64,000 nt of DNA from a virus. Below, in pieces: positions 28,325-37,916 of this stretch (positions are counted from its first letter, which is position 1; each line of letters starts with the position of its first letter). The position numbers and the translations under genes are program-made. The stretch spans positions 1 through 64,000 of the IMG/VR virus record IMGVR_UViG_3300010412_000004, one strand, 5' to 3'. The notes below the pieces were generated by a model that was given only the letters and a program-made list of their open reading frames with translations, ran no database searches and was not told the origin of the DNA.

Positions 28325-28906
28325 TTATCCTCCCATTATTAAGGACATTTCAATCCATCTCATGGCTTCATCACGAGCTTTAAGGTCATCCATTAAAACT
28401 CCACTCAAAGCTGAAGTTGTCATACCAGACCCACTTTGTTGTTTAACCCCTCTACATCTCATACAACCGTGGATAGCTCGCATGGCCACTATGGTACCAT
28501 ATGGTTTAATGTGACGGTCAAATTGTTTGATTACATCATCACATAATGTTTCCTGTAGTTGTGGTCTAAGGGAGTAATGATTGATTAGGCGTGCAGGTTT
28601 TGATGCACCTACGAGAAGTTCTTTAGGTATGTATCCTAACCACGCTTTTCCTTCAAAGGGTAGAAAATGGTGGGAACACCATGATACAAAGTGTATGGTG
28701 TCGAACATGATAAGTTGCTTGTAATCTCGATCATTTGGGAAGGCTTTGAAATCTGTAAATTCCTTCCCTACATTCGCAAATATTTCTTGGTACATTCGCT
28801 CAAGTCTTTGGGGTGTTTCACGAAGGTTGGGGTCAGATAAATCCAACCCCAACTCTTCGCTGATGACTTTACTGAAGTACCAAGCCATCGACTGGCTCAT
28901 GGTCAC
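28325..28906 (-). CDS. folE: GTP cyclohydrolase I
   Basis: ETPQR, CSHHFLPF.G, RPQLQE, HGCM.CRGV. Confidence 0.95.
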   Translation of the reverse strand: MTMSQSMAWYFSKVISEELGLDLSDPNLRETPQRLERMYQEIFANVGKEFTDFKAFPNDRDYKQLIMFDTIHFVSWCSHHFLPFEGKAWLGYIPKELLVGASKPARLINHYSLRPQLQETLCDDVIKQFDRHIKPYGTIVAMRAIHGCMRCRGVKQQSGSGMTTSALSGVLMDDLKARDEAMRWIEMSLIMGG

Positions 28907-28909
28907 CTC

Positions 28910-29419
28910 TTACTTGGCGTCTTCTTCCTCAGTGGTTGGTTCCGGTTCACCTTTTTCCTTGGCGATCCGTTTCTTGGCAATGTTGATGTAGATTGCGATC
29001 CGTTTCTTGATGAATTCTGTATCAGCCTGACCCCTCTCGTTGTAACGTTTGGAGAAGGCTGCCGCGATTTCATCCTCGGACTTGCCCGCCAAAACCATGT
29101 CGTAAGCCAGTTTTTCATTGGAAGGACCAGAAGGCCGTGTGGACTTCTTCTTTTTCTTTGCCTCCATCTTTTCGATTTCCTCAGGGGAGGGGTCCTTCCC
29201 TTCCACGATGCCGTTGTAGAAGACAACAACGGTTTCAGGCAGTTTTTTCTCCTCTTCACTTCCTTCCGCGACGGATTCTACTGCCTTCAGGAAACTCTCG
29301 ACCAGGTCTTCCTTCTTGACCCCAACGGTCTTGAGCTTCACGGGGATGGCACCACTAGAGTTCAGGATACCAATCTCCTTTCGCAGGTCGTTAGCATTTA
29401 CGAATTGTGGACTTAACAT
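28910..29419 (-). CDS. Hypothetical Lys/Glu-rich protein with its own promoter
   Basis: aaggaggt RBS; higher third-position GC than neighbours. Confidence 0.7.
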   Translation of the reverse strand: MLSPQFVNANDLRKEIGILNSSGAIPVKLKTVGVKKEDLVESFLKAVESVAEGSEEEKKLPETVVVFYNGIVEGKDPSPEEIEKMEAKKKKKSTRPSGPSNEKLAYDMVLAGKSEDEIAAAFSKRYNERGQADTEFIKKRIAIYINIAKKRIAKEKGEPEPTTEEEDAK

Positions 29420-29478
29420 AAATTACCTCCTTGTTCCATAAAAGATTAATATTATAGTGTTCTCCAGCCTATGCACAT

Positions 29479-29514
29479 ACTATAGAACAATTTAAAAGGT
29501 ATTGCAAGATAAAA
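29479..29514 (-). promoter_or_regulatory. Promoter of the TTATC-TTG family
   Basis: TTTTATC TTGCAA-17-TATAGT. Confidence 0.65.
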
Positions 29515-29554
29515 GTGTGTTAATTGGTGATATTTTTTAGGAGAACTATCCTGA

Positions 29555-30202
29555 TTATTTTTCTTCCTTTATATGTGCCAGTTTATGTAGCTGGAGATTT
29601 ATCTGAACCATATATAGTTTGTCTTTCCTCATCCAGGTCATTAGGTCATTTACGTTTAAACCAGGAGTTACTGGACTAAAGGCTATTCTTGGAGGACAAT
29701 TTTTGGATTCCTCGTAAACATGTTTTACTATTGATCTCGCCTGTTTGTAATCGCTAAAATTGGTAATTACAAATTTAAGAAAGTCCTCCGCGAGCATACT
29801 GTCTAACCATTTATTATCAAATTTCATACCTATTTTATAATCAACCACCCAGCAATCTACATATTCAAATATTTCCTCATTTTGTGGTAGTAATGATCCA
29901 TTTGTCTCGATAGTGATATTATGATCATTACTTTTTAATTGTTTCAAAAGAGGTAAAAGGTCCTCCTGCAGTAAAGGCTCTCCTCCTGTGAGTGTAACTT
30001 CGATTACACCTAATTTATCTACCTCATGGACAACCTGACTTACTCCCACTTCCTTACCACTATCTACACCCCAAGCATATTTAGTATCACAATAAGGACA
30101 ACTGAGATTACAACCAGCAAATCTAACAAAAGTAGCCCACACACCTTGACCAAGATAGTTTACTTCCCCTTGAATGGATGAAAAAATACTATATACTCTC
30201 AT
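29555..30202 (-). CDS. queE: 7-carboxy-7-deazaguanine synthase
   Basis: IFSSIQGE, FVRFAGCNLSCPYCDT, TGGEPLLQ, IETNG, LQLHK. Confidence 0.95.
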   Translation of the reverse strand: MRVYSIFSSIQGEVNYLGQGVWATFVRFAGCNLSCPYCDTKYAWGVDSGKEVGVSQVVHEVDKLGVIEVTLTGGEPLLQEDLLPLLKQLKSNDHNITIETNGSLLPQNEEIFEYVDCWVVDYKIGMKFDNKWLDSMLAEDFLKFVITNFSDYKQARSIVKHVYEESKNCPPRIAFSPVTPGLNVNDLMTWMRKDKLYMVQINLQLHKLAHIKEEK

Positions 30203-30576
30203 TTGAAATTTACCTCCATATAAGAGTTTTCAGTTTCCCATAATCTTAATCTGGTTATACAACTGATATTTATCACTTTAGGAAGGTCACCATAAAGTCT
30301 TTCGGTTATCCACATGAGTATGTTCTCACCTGTAGGATTTTCTATCTTTGTGTTTATACAGGAGTGATCAAGTTGGTCTATAATCATTTCTTGTACTGCC
30401 TTTTTGAGGTTAGAAAGGTCGGTAACCATTCCCTTCTCAGGAGTCTCTGTTTTCTGTATCCCCCCTTCCACCTCTACCTCTAATTTGTAGCTGTGCCCAT
30501 GTAACTCTTTACATTTACCTTCATGGTGTGGTAGATGGTGTGCCGCCTCAAATCTAAAAATTCTTCCTATTTTCAT
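30199..30576 (-). CDS. queD: 6-carboxy-5,6,7,8-tetrahydropterin synthase
   Basis: FEAAHHL, CKELHGHSY, LDH, NPTGEN, LWET. Confidence 0.95.
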   Translation of the reverse strand: MKIGRIFRFEAAHHLPHHEGKCKELHGHSYKLEVEVEGGIQKTETPEKGMVTDLSNLKKAVQEMIIDQLDHSCINTKIENPTGENILMWITERLYGDLPKVINISCITRLRLWETENSYMEVNFK

Positions 30577-30749
30577 CTTTATTCCTCCTTATCCTTGAAT
30601 TTGGTAGGATTCTTGTTTCTCGCATCTGCTACAAATCTTATACCCCCAGGTTACAGATATTGTATTAGGATATTCTGCAGGATGATTACCCAGATATACA
30701 TAGAAATAATTATGTCCAACTATCCAACAGATAAATTTTCTTATATATA

Positions 30750-32288
30750 TCATTCTTCCTCCTCTCTGTTCATCCCTACATAGTAAAATCCATCTAAATA
30801 AGGTTGACCTAATTCAAGTTGTTGAAGGGTTACTATTTGAGTAAAATCATCAAAATATTTATGTCGATGGGCTAGTATTCCCATCCTCATTATCTTTTTT
30901 CTCTTCTCAGTTTCAGTTTGATTAAGGGTAGCCATTATATCTACGTGAGCCAGCTTCCGTATATCCTCCCCTGTCTGTGTCTTCTTTACATTTTTAGATT
31001 CAAAACTCTGCCTATTAGACTGTGTGGCAGTTACCCAAAGACAGTTCCTCTCTTGAGCTATACCTTTAGCTTTTTTCCAGGTCTCGTTAATTGCGTCTCT
31101 ACCTACCAGGCGTGAATCTTCAGATTTAAGTAGGTCCATATAGTCAAGTATAATTACATCAGGCACAAATTCCTGAGAAAATTCAAGTATTTCTAAATCT
31201 CTGAGTATATCACTTATATTTACAGTTCCAATTGGGTAGGATATTGTCCTAAGGTTTCCTTCTCCATACATATTTTGAAAACCTTTTGAAGATCTTGATG
31301 TTAACGAGTAACTTAGTAAAGGCCTCCTTTCCATTACATACCATATGGCAGGTAAATAATTTCTGTCTGGATGTCCTTTACAGTAAGTACATACCCTATA
31401 TCTTATGTTAGGTGTAAACTTAGGAATCCTCCCTAAATTATCAGCAAGTTTTTCTGTTTGGGTTTTCTCTTTTTTATCGCAATCCCCTTTTTGGTTTCTT
31501 TGGCAGTCAAATATAGGTATGATAAAGTTTCCCTGTCTGTTTTCATTAGAGGAGGTGAGTCTTTTATAAGTTCTTAGGTTAGTCTCTGTCTTATCCATTT
31601 CTAATGATATCTCTACAACTTTTAACCTGTTGGTTAGAGCCGCAAATTTGAACTCTTCTAACCACCAAGTTTTCCCCCTTTTCATAGGACCCATTAGTGA
31701 AACAAGCCATTTCCTTTTGAGCGATCCTAAGAAGTCACCTAATATACCAGGAAGTAATAGAAGGTACTCTTCTTCTCTGAGTAACGTGGATTCTATTTCT
31801 TGAGGCTCAAAAGGATTTGTCCATTTAGATGTAACAAGAGAAACCTTTCTATAATTTGCTACCTCTAACTCAGCCTCATCCACCTTATTTAAATCTATTA
31901 ATGAACTAATCTTTTCTCTATGTTCTAATAAAGCCCTTTTCTTGAGGTAAACTACAGCTCTATCTAAGAAGTAGTCCACATTGTAGTTGGACATATCTTC
32001 GTACATCTGATTTAGGTCAATAAGGAACTCCGCTATTACCTCAGATAGGTCTTCCTCTAACTCCTCCTTCTTTATATTGTAAATGCTTTGAATATGTTCT
32101 TTTGGAGCCTCATCATACTCTTTAAAGTAATTTATACACCATTTAGATATTTCTTTAGAGTACTTAGATTGTAGATATGTAGGTTTCAATATTTCTATAA
32201 TTGACCTTAAGAATCTAGTGGAGGTTATCATCCCTATAATTAGATTCTTTTCATCTACTAGGTCAATTCTTTTTCTTTGAATTCTCAA
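30750..32288 (-). CDS. dnaB: DnaB-like replicative helicase with Cys-rich insertion
   Basis: GPMKRGKT, ISLEM, IILDYMDLL, TATQSNR. Confidence 0.9.
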   Translation of the reverse strand: MRIQRKRIDLVDEKNLIIGMITSTRFLRSIIEILKPTYLQSKYSKEISKWCINYFKEYDEAPKEHIQSIYNIKKEELEEDLSEVIAEFLIDLNQMYEDMSNYNVDYFLDRAVVYLKKRALLEHREKISSLIDLNKVDEAELEVANYRKVSLVTSKWTNPFEPQEIESTLLREEEYLLLLPGILGDFLGSLKRKWLVSLMGPMKRGKTWWLEEFKFAALTNRLKVVEISLEMDKTETNLRTYKRLTSSNENRQGNFIIPIFDCQRNQKGDCDKKEKTQTEKLADNLGRIPKFTPNIRYRVCTYCKGHPDRNYLPAIWYVMERRPLLSYSLTSRSSKGFQNMYGEGNLRTISYPIGTVNISDILRDLEILEFSQEFVPDVIILDYMDLLKSEDSRLVGRDAINETWKKAKGIAQERNCLWVTATQSNRQSFESKNVKKTQTGEDIRKLAHVDIMATLNQTETEKRKKIMRMGILAHRHKYFDDFTQIVTLQQLELGQPYLDGFYYVGMNREEEE

Positions 32289-33445
32289 AACAGGTCCCTT
32301 CTGTCCTCTATTATACCTTCTTTGTATAGATAGGTTGGTAGTCTTTTAGAGAAAGTAAAGTCAGAGCATAAAAATCCTGGTGTTATATCATAGGTTATAC
32401 TATTATCTTTTTCTATACATTCCCAGAGTATGTCTGTAAAATCTTCAACCGAAAAAATACCAAACATTTCTAGGTTCATATAATCTTTATTTTTTTGATA
32501 GAACTCTGTAAGTTTATTAGATGCCGTGATAAACTTAATATCCTCATGTGGAGGGAAACCATTTGGAGGTTCTACTCCTCCAAGTATCTTTTGTATATAT
32601 ATACTTTTAATTCTTTGGGTTACTTTGGGATCCTTATCTTCTTCTAGGTGTAGTGGGTGGGAATGTACAAGTTTTAATTCTTTAGAGAGAAAATCTATAA
32701 ATGGGCTCTTTTTTGAGAAATCGTCCCATATAAAAACATCTAATGCCTTTCCCTGTAGACGTTTTTGGTGGGGTGTTCCGTTTATAGGGAAATAATTTGG
32801 GTCTAATGCAGATAGGGAAAATTTTTTAATGCTCTCTTTCATCTCTTCATAGGAATACTTTTTGTCACTTATAGGTATCCATCCTAATCTAGCCTTTCGT
32901 ATATTTTGAATAGACCTTTCCCATATTTTTGTTCCTTCATTACATTTTCTCAAACCTAGTGCATTCCAGAACTCTATTACTGATAGTATGTCCTTAGTAG
33001 GTTTAATTAGTTCCTTTTTAGTTTTGGTGTATGAGGGAATAACTACCGTCTGGTACCTTATTTTATCAGCCTTGCTTATCTTCACTCTTTTAACTCGGCT
33101 GGCAGGCCGAGTAGATTCACTAAGGACAGATTCTTTATTAGATATATTATTATTAGTATTATCTACTAAAGTAGATAATACAGATGATGATGTATGTAAT
33201 GAAGGATTAGGACTTAGTGAACATATATATTTATTTTGCTTGGCCTGGTCAAATAATTCCTTTTGATTTTCCCTTTCAGTATCAATGAATAAATTACATA
33301 ATAGATAAACTAGGAATTTCTCAACCTCTTCTTCATCTACTTTCAATCTGAAGGACAGTTTTCTTATTAGTTTTTTCAAGTCAGACATAGAAACGTACCT
33401 TATGAACGCCGCACTAGAACGCTGAATTCTGTACGAACTATACAT
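32285..33445 (-). CDS. Hypothetical protein, possible replication initiator or helicase loader
   Basis: Between primase and helicase; N/S-rich linker carrying a DNA palindrome. True start may be 33388. Confidence 0.55.
   Translation of the reverse strand: MYSSYRIQRSSAAFIRYVSMSDLKKLIRKLSFRLKVDEEEVEKFLVYLLCNLFIDTERENQKELFDQAKQNKYICSLSPNPSLHTSSSVLSTLVDNTNNNISNKESVLSESTRPASRVKRVKISKADKIRYQTVVIPSYTKTKKELIKPTKDILSVIEFWNALGLRKCNEGTKIWERSIQNIRKARLGWIPISDKKYSYEEMKESIKKFSLSALDPNYFPINGTPHQKRLQGKALDVFIWDDFSKKSPFIDFLSKELKLVHSHPLHLEEDKDPKVTQRIKSIYIQKILGGVEPPNGFPPHEDIKFITASNKLTEFYQKNKDYMNLEMFGIFSVEDFTDILWECIEKDNSITYDITPGFLCSDFTFSKRLPTYLYKEGIIEDRRDLF
33156..33181. repeat. Perfect 12-bp inverted repeat
   Basis: gtattatctact-aa-agtagataatac. 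Confidence 0.85.
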
Positions 33446-33518
33446 TAGACATAGTTACTACAGCATAAATTTTTTCCTCAAGTAGAATTAAAAAAGAAGT
33501 GTTGGTCCCTTGCTGGAT

Positions 33519-33625
33519 TGTTGAAGAGGATAGAAGACTGGGTAATCGGGAAATTCCAGGCAGTGAGGGACCTTCACTCGCCAAAGAAGGGAGGGCCGTT
33601 ACCCAGCCTTCTATCCCCTCCAACA
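33519..33625 (-). ncRNA. Candidate structured RNA or DNA hairpin with central bubble
   Basis: GGAUAGAAGGCUGGGUAA pairs with UUACCCAGUCUUCUAUCC; inner GGC-AGUGA/UCACU-GCC hairpin. Confidence 0.5.
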
Positions 33626-33681
33626 TTATGTTTACAACATAACACATACCAAAATGTTTTAAAAGATATTTTTTCTTCTGT

Positions 33682-34590
33682 TTAAGTATAATCAAATATC
33701 TCTCTTTTTAGCTGTATCGCCTCCTCTGGCGATAATTTAGCAGGATCTTTTACTCCTAAACCTGTTAGTATATTCACATCAGGTATTACACTTGCAAGGT
33801 TTCCTCCTATCTTATCTGCTCTTATTTGTGCCTCTGGCTCATCATCATAAAGTATGAAAACTCTATATACTCCATGGTCGTGGAGGAATTTAACTTGGCT
33901 ATCAGAACATTTTAAACCAAACATGCAGATTGCTCCATCCCCCATTCTCCAAACATCTGTGGGACCTTCTACTATTAATGCCGTATGAACTAATGAGTCC
34001 CCATTATAGATCCACTCGCTTTGTGGCAGTACACCCTCCTCTGGTCTGCAATTTTTGTACCTGTATTCTGATTTATCAGTAACATCCCTTGATGTAAAAC
34101 CTACAATTTTGTGATTCATAATCACAGGTATAATTATTCTAAATTTATATCTACCTAAATTGTAACAGGCTCTAATATCATACCTATTTATTAGGTCTTG
34201 TGGATCAAAATTTCTACTTTTTAGGTACTCTATGTGAATGTCAGGAAAATCTGTAGTGCTTTCTTTTGGAAGGCTCTGATAACTCAGAGGTTTGTGCCTT
34301 ATTGCCTTTGTATATTTCTCTAAGGTTTGGAACTCCTCAATTATTTCTCTAGCCTTACTCTCTCCTGTGTCCTCAATTTTTCTCACAAGTTTTTGAGGAG
34401 GTCCTTTTTCTCCACATATCCAACAATTAAAGAACTTTGAAGATAGGTTGATGCCTAGGTGGTTAGAGTCATCTCCACACCATAAACATCTTATATTTAC
34501 CCAACCTTCAGATACGTTCTTTCCAGAGGTAGAATATTCCACCCCTCTGCTCTCAAGATAGGATATTATATCGAACAGTTCGATTGTCAT
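33682..34590 (-). CDS. DNA primase (Zn finger + TOPRIM)
   Basis: CLWC...H...CWIC, RIIIPV, VEGPTD, YDDE. Confidence 0.9.
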   Translation of the reverse strand: MTIELFDIISYLESRGVEYSTSGKNVSEGWVNIRCLWCGDDSNHLGINLSSKFFNCWICGEKGPPQKLVRKIEDTGESKAREIIEEFQTLEKYTKAIRHKPLSYQSLPKESTTDFPDIHIEYLKSRNFDPQDLINRYDIRACYNLGRYKFRIIIPVIMNHKIVGFTSRDVTDKSEYRYKNCRPEEGVLPQSEWIYNGDSLVHTALIVEGPTDVWRMGDGAICMFGLKCSDSQVKFLHDHGVYRVFILYDDEPEAQIRADKIGGNLASVIPDVNILTGLGVKDPAKLSPEEAIQLKREIFDYT

Positions 34591-34961
34591 ATAAGAGAGT
34601 CAAAACTTGATGCTTGGGTGTCTGCCTTAAGTTCAACCTCTTCTCTGAAATCACATTTAGAGCAGGTGACCACCGCCGTGGTCATTGCACCATAGAATTT
34701 TTTCATCCCTTGTCCTTTTCCCTCTGTCCTTTCTACTGAGAAAACATCTCCTTCCTCAATTTCAAGATCTTCGGCGTGTTCATGTTCTACCTCAGCGTCG
34801 GTTACCTCAGGATAGGATTCCTCAAGTTCTTCTCCACACTCATTACATCTTTTTATCACCCTGAAGATAGCCGTAATCTGTCCCTCATTTATGTCAAGGA
34901 GATCTATTTCAGGGTCATCCACGTTGATTGCCACAAATTTATTGCATTGGGGACATCTCAT
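34587..34961 (-). CDS. Acidic Zn-ribbon protein
   Basis: Three CxxC pairs. Confidence 0.65.
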   Translation of the reverse strand: MRCPQCNKFVAINVDDPEIDLLDINEGQITAIFRVIKRCNECGEELEESYPEVTDAEVEHEHAEDLEIEEGDVFSVERTEGKGQGMKKFYGAMTTAVVTCSKCDFREEVELKADTQASSFDSLI

Positions 34962-35349
34962 TTTTTCTGCTCCTTTCTTCTATGGCAAGTGATCGAGCTA
35001 CTCTAGCCTGTTTTAGTTTTCTATCTAATATGGTTATCTGTCTATTTTTTCTCGCTATGAATCCTGATAGTGCTTCCTCTTTTGTAGGATAGGCATATTT
35101 TTTTCTCGACTCTTTGCTTATCCATCTTTTCTCAATAATTGACTCTTCTGATATAGGGGATAGAACCATAGGAATACGTTTATTAGATATTGAATATTCT
35201 TTACTGGGATATTTTGATATCCAATATCCTTTGGTAGTTTCATTAATAAGTTCAAATTCTATTAAATAAATAGACACCCTTCCTGGTTGATTGAAACGGT
35301 AGTCCCAATCCATTAACATATCTTCATATCTATAAAATTTCATATCCAC
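34939..35349 (-). CDS. Hypothetical phage protein
   Basis: ETTKGYWI, KRWISK, YAYPTKEEAL. Confidence 0.65.
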   Translation of the reverse strand: MDMKFYRYEDMLMDWDYRFNQPGRVSIYLIEFELINETTKGYWISKYPSKEYSISNKRIPMVLSPISEESIIEKRWISKESRKKYAYPTKEEALSGFIARKNRQITILDRKLKQARVARSLAIEERSRKNEMSPMQ

Positions 35350-36854
35350 CCCTTATCACAATAAATGCTGAGTCTTTCACCAAAATGGTCTACAAACCAT
35401 CTGGCATTATTGTCAAAAAAGTCAACTATTATACCGTGTTCCTTCCCTTCAAAGGCTGTAAGACATCTGCTCGCGGACTGTATCGTGGTGGTTTCAGATT
35501 TACCCCCAGCCGCGTTTATCAGTACATTCAGCGAAGGGATATTGACACCTTCGTTCCATATTGTGGTTACAATTATACACTTAATCCTCCTTTCGTGCAA
35601 GAGTTTTCTGTATTGATGTCTTTCAATACTTCCCTTTTTTATCTTTGCTTCGATATCCCTATAAATATCAAGTTCCTTTTGTACTTCTTGGATGCTCTTT
35701 TGTCCTTTAATTTCTCCAACAGTACGATATTGATCTATTTTATTTTTTAACCTTCTGATTTCCTTTTGGGTCTCAGCATCTAATCCACCACATAAAAATG
35801 GTACTTCATATTGTGGTAGCAGTTTATCAAACATATCTTTGAGGTTAAATCCATGCTCTACTCTTCTAACTATAATTAAAACAGTCATATTTTGTTCAAG
35901 ATATTCCTGTGCCGTCTTCATCACTCTTCTATTTCTAATTCTATTCCTCACTACTCCTTCAAGGTATGCATCATGATAGGAGGAGAAATTTTTGATGTAA
36001 GGTTGAGCAGGTATTTTTACTATTCTTATTTTGGCAGGACTTATCACTTGAGTTTTCAAGGCTTCCTCCTGGGTAACTTCTCCAATAGAAGGTCCTAATA
36101 GACCTTCTAGGGATAACTCAGATTCTATATCAGTAGGTGGTGTGGCCGTAAATCCTATCCTATATGGAGCCAGCATCCTAGAGAGTATGGACCCATAGTT
36201 GGAATTTAGGGAGGCTACATGGTGACATTCATCTACTATGACCAGGTCAAAGTAGGCACTGTATTGGAGTGGGTCTATCCTTATAAAACTTTGATGGAGT
36301 GCTATGGTTAGGGGGGATATTTCACCTTTTCTGCCATCTCCTATCAGAGAGATGGGAAACAAACCTACTTTGGTAAATTCCTCAAATGTTTGATAGAAAA
36401 GGTCTTTGGTGTGACATAGGAAGAGAGCCTTTACGTCCTTTAAGGATGCAATGATTCCTGCCGCCGTAATTGTTTTTCCATATCGTGCAGGAGCTGTCAA
36501 CACTCCTCTCTTTTTTTCTATGGCAGATAAAATTAAAGCTAACTGTCCTTTCCTAAACTCTATATCTTTGAGTCTTGGATCTATAAGAGGCAGTTTTTTT
36601 CTCTCATAGTTTGGACTCGTCCATTTAATCTTCTTATTGAGTAGTTTGGCTTTATCCTTTATTCTGGTTTTAAATCCAGTTAGGAATACTGCATCTGACG
36701 TTACTAAGGTTTTTTGGTATGTGATGTGTTTCCCGCCATAGGCTTGTTTTTTGTAATAGGTCTTCTCAAAGGTGAGTATCTGTCTCACAAAATTTCTCGA
36801 CTCTTCATTTTGTGCTCGGGTGTAAACAGCATTTTGTTCAGTATAATGTAACAT
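35340..36854 (-). CDS. Superfamily 2 helicase (UvsW-like)
   Basis: APARYGKT, VDECHH, GFTATP, EGVNIPSL, QSASRCL. Confidence 0.9.
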   Translation of the reverse strand: MLHYTEQNAVYTRAQNEESRNFVRQILTFEKTYYKKQAYGGKHITYQKTLVTSDAVFLTGFKTRIKDKAKLLNKKIKWTSPNYERKKLPLIDPRLKDIEFRKGQLALILSAIEKKRGVLTAPARYGKTITAAGIIASLKDVKALFLCHTKDLFYQTFEEFTKVGLFPISLIGDGRKGEISPLTIALHQSFIRIDPLQYSAYFDLVIVDECHHVASLNSNYGSILSRMLAPYRIGFTATPPTDIESELSLEGLLGPSIGEVTQEEALKTQVISPAKIRIVKIPAQPYIKNFSSYHDAYLEGVVRNRIRNRRVMKTAQEYLEQNMTVLIIVRRVEHGFNLKDMFDKLLPQYEVPFLCGGLDAETQKEIRRLKNKIDQYRTVGEIKGQKSIQEVQKELDIYRDIEAKIKKGSIERHQYRKLLHERRIKCIIVTTIWNEGVNIPSLNVLINAAGGKSETTTIQSASRCLTAFEGKEHGIIVDFFDNNARWFVDHFGERLSIYCDKGWI

Positions 36855-36931
36855 GATTACTAAAAATCCTGCTTAAGATCCGCGTGAATTCTGCACGAAC
36901 TTCTGTCAATTAATATGTTTATATGCGTTAT

Positions 36932-37633
36932 TTAACTGCCTTTTTTGTTGTATTCCCTTACTCTCCAATCCGCCGTTACTTTTCCTTTTTGCATACCTGT
37001 CATTATCTTGTTGACTTGTTCCTGGGTGCCTTTATCTTTAGGGTTTATTCTATTTATCTCGCTGAGGTGTATTTCTAGGTCTGATATCTTTTTATTGGCT
37101 CTTTTGATATCCTCCTCTTTTTCTTTTATTTTCTCTTCGAGATCTTTATTCTTTTTAATCGACTCTTGGTTTTCTTCTCTTGAGATAGTGAAGGCTTTAT
37201 CTAGTTCTTTATTTTTACTCTCAAGAGATTTTATCTGCTCATAAAGAATTTTTTCCCTCTCTTCGAGTGATTTTCCTCGAAGATACCCATTTATTACCTC
37301 CTTCGCAAACATTTCTACAGTGATTGGAGGTTGGGGTTGTTCTTCTTTATCTGGGGATGTGCTGGGAAGATCTTCGAACAGCCAGCCATAAATCTCTAAA
37401 ATCTTTTGTCTATTAATAATGTAGGTTTGTACCTGCCCTTTACCAAAGGATCCTTTTTTCTTCTTTGGTCTAAGTATACCTTTTTCTATCATTTTTTGTA
37501 TTTGGGTTTGTGATTGCTTGTAAGATAGATTCAGGATTTCGGCTAGGTAGGATGCCTCAAATTCATCCCCTTTTACTAGATGGTATAAAGCTACTGCCAC
37601 GGTTCTGTGCATTATCCTTTTTTTTGATTTCAT
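36932..37633 (-). CDS. Winged-HTH plus coiled-coil protein
   Basis: ASYLAEILNLSYKQ...MIEKGIL; long heptad region. Confidence 0.6.
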   Translation of the reverse strand: MKSKKRIMHRTVAVALYHLVKGDEFEASYLAEILNLSYKQSQTQIQKMIEKGILRPKKKKGSFGKGQVQTYIINRQKILEIYGWLFEDLPSTSPDKEEQPQPPITVEMFAKEVINGYLRGKSLEEREKILYEQIKSLESKNKELDKAFTISREENQESIKKNKDLEEKIKEKEEDIKRANKKISDLEIHLSEINRINPKDKGTQEQVNKIMTGMQKGKVTADWRVREYNKKGS

Positions 37634-37634
37634 T

Positions 37635-37916
37635 TTATTTCCTCCCTTCCCTTTCTATTTTTATTTTAGGTTTAGTCCCCCTTTTATTGAAATAGTATTT
37701 TTGGGTTGGACTTAGGTTGTATCTATTATCACGTATTATCACGGTGGATTTTTCTCTATTTTTGTCCTCTATGCTTTTATAGATTGTGATTTGGTGATTA
37801 GAATTTTCTGGGTAGGAAATAATGTTTCTGCCTTCTTGAATATTATCAGGACCCTCAGACCATACTAAGGATCCTGATAATACCAGAAGAGATATTACAA
37901 ATATGGTTTTTTTCAT
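37635..37916 (-). CDS. Putative secreted protein
   Basis: MKKTIFVISLLVLSGSLVWS signal peptide. Confidence 0.55.
   Translation of the reverse strand: MKKTIFVISLLVLSGSLVWSEGPDNIQEGRNIISYPENSNHQITIYKSIEDKNREKSTVIIRDNRYNLSPTQKYYFNKRGTKPKIKIEREGRK

Noticed and set aside
28903-29259. Basic 118 aa ORF overlapping 28910..29419
   Set aside because: Alternative frame of a gene that has its own promoter and strong RBS
24171-30576. tRNA queuosine biosynthesis as an auxiliary metabolic pathway
   Set aside because: No queA/queF/queG; the transglycosylase is DpdA-like and sits among replication genes, so DNA modification is more likely
33438-33695. 85 aa ORF after primase
   Set aside because: No recognisable motif, and it spans a long hairpin; probably non-coding, though not excluded
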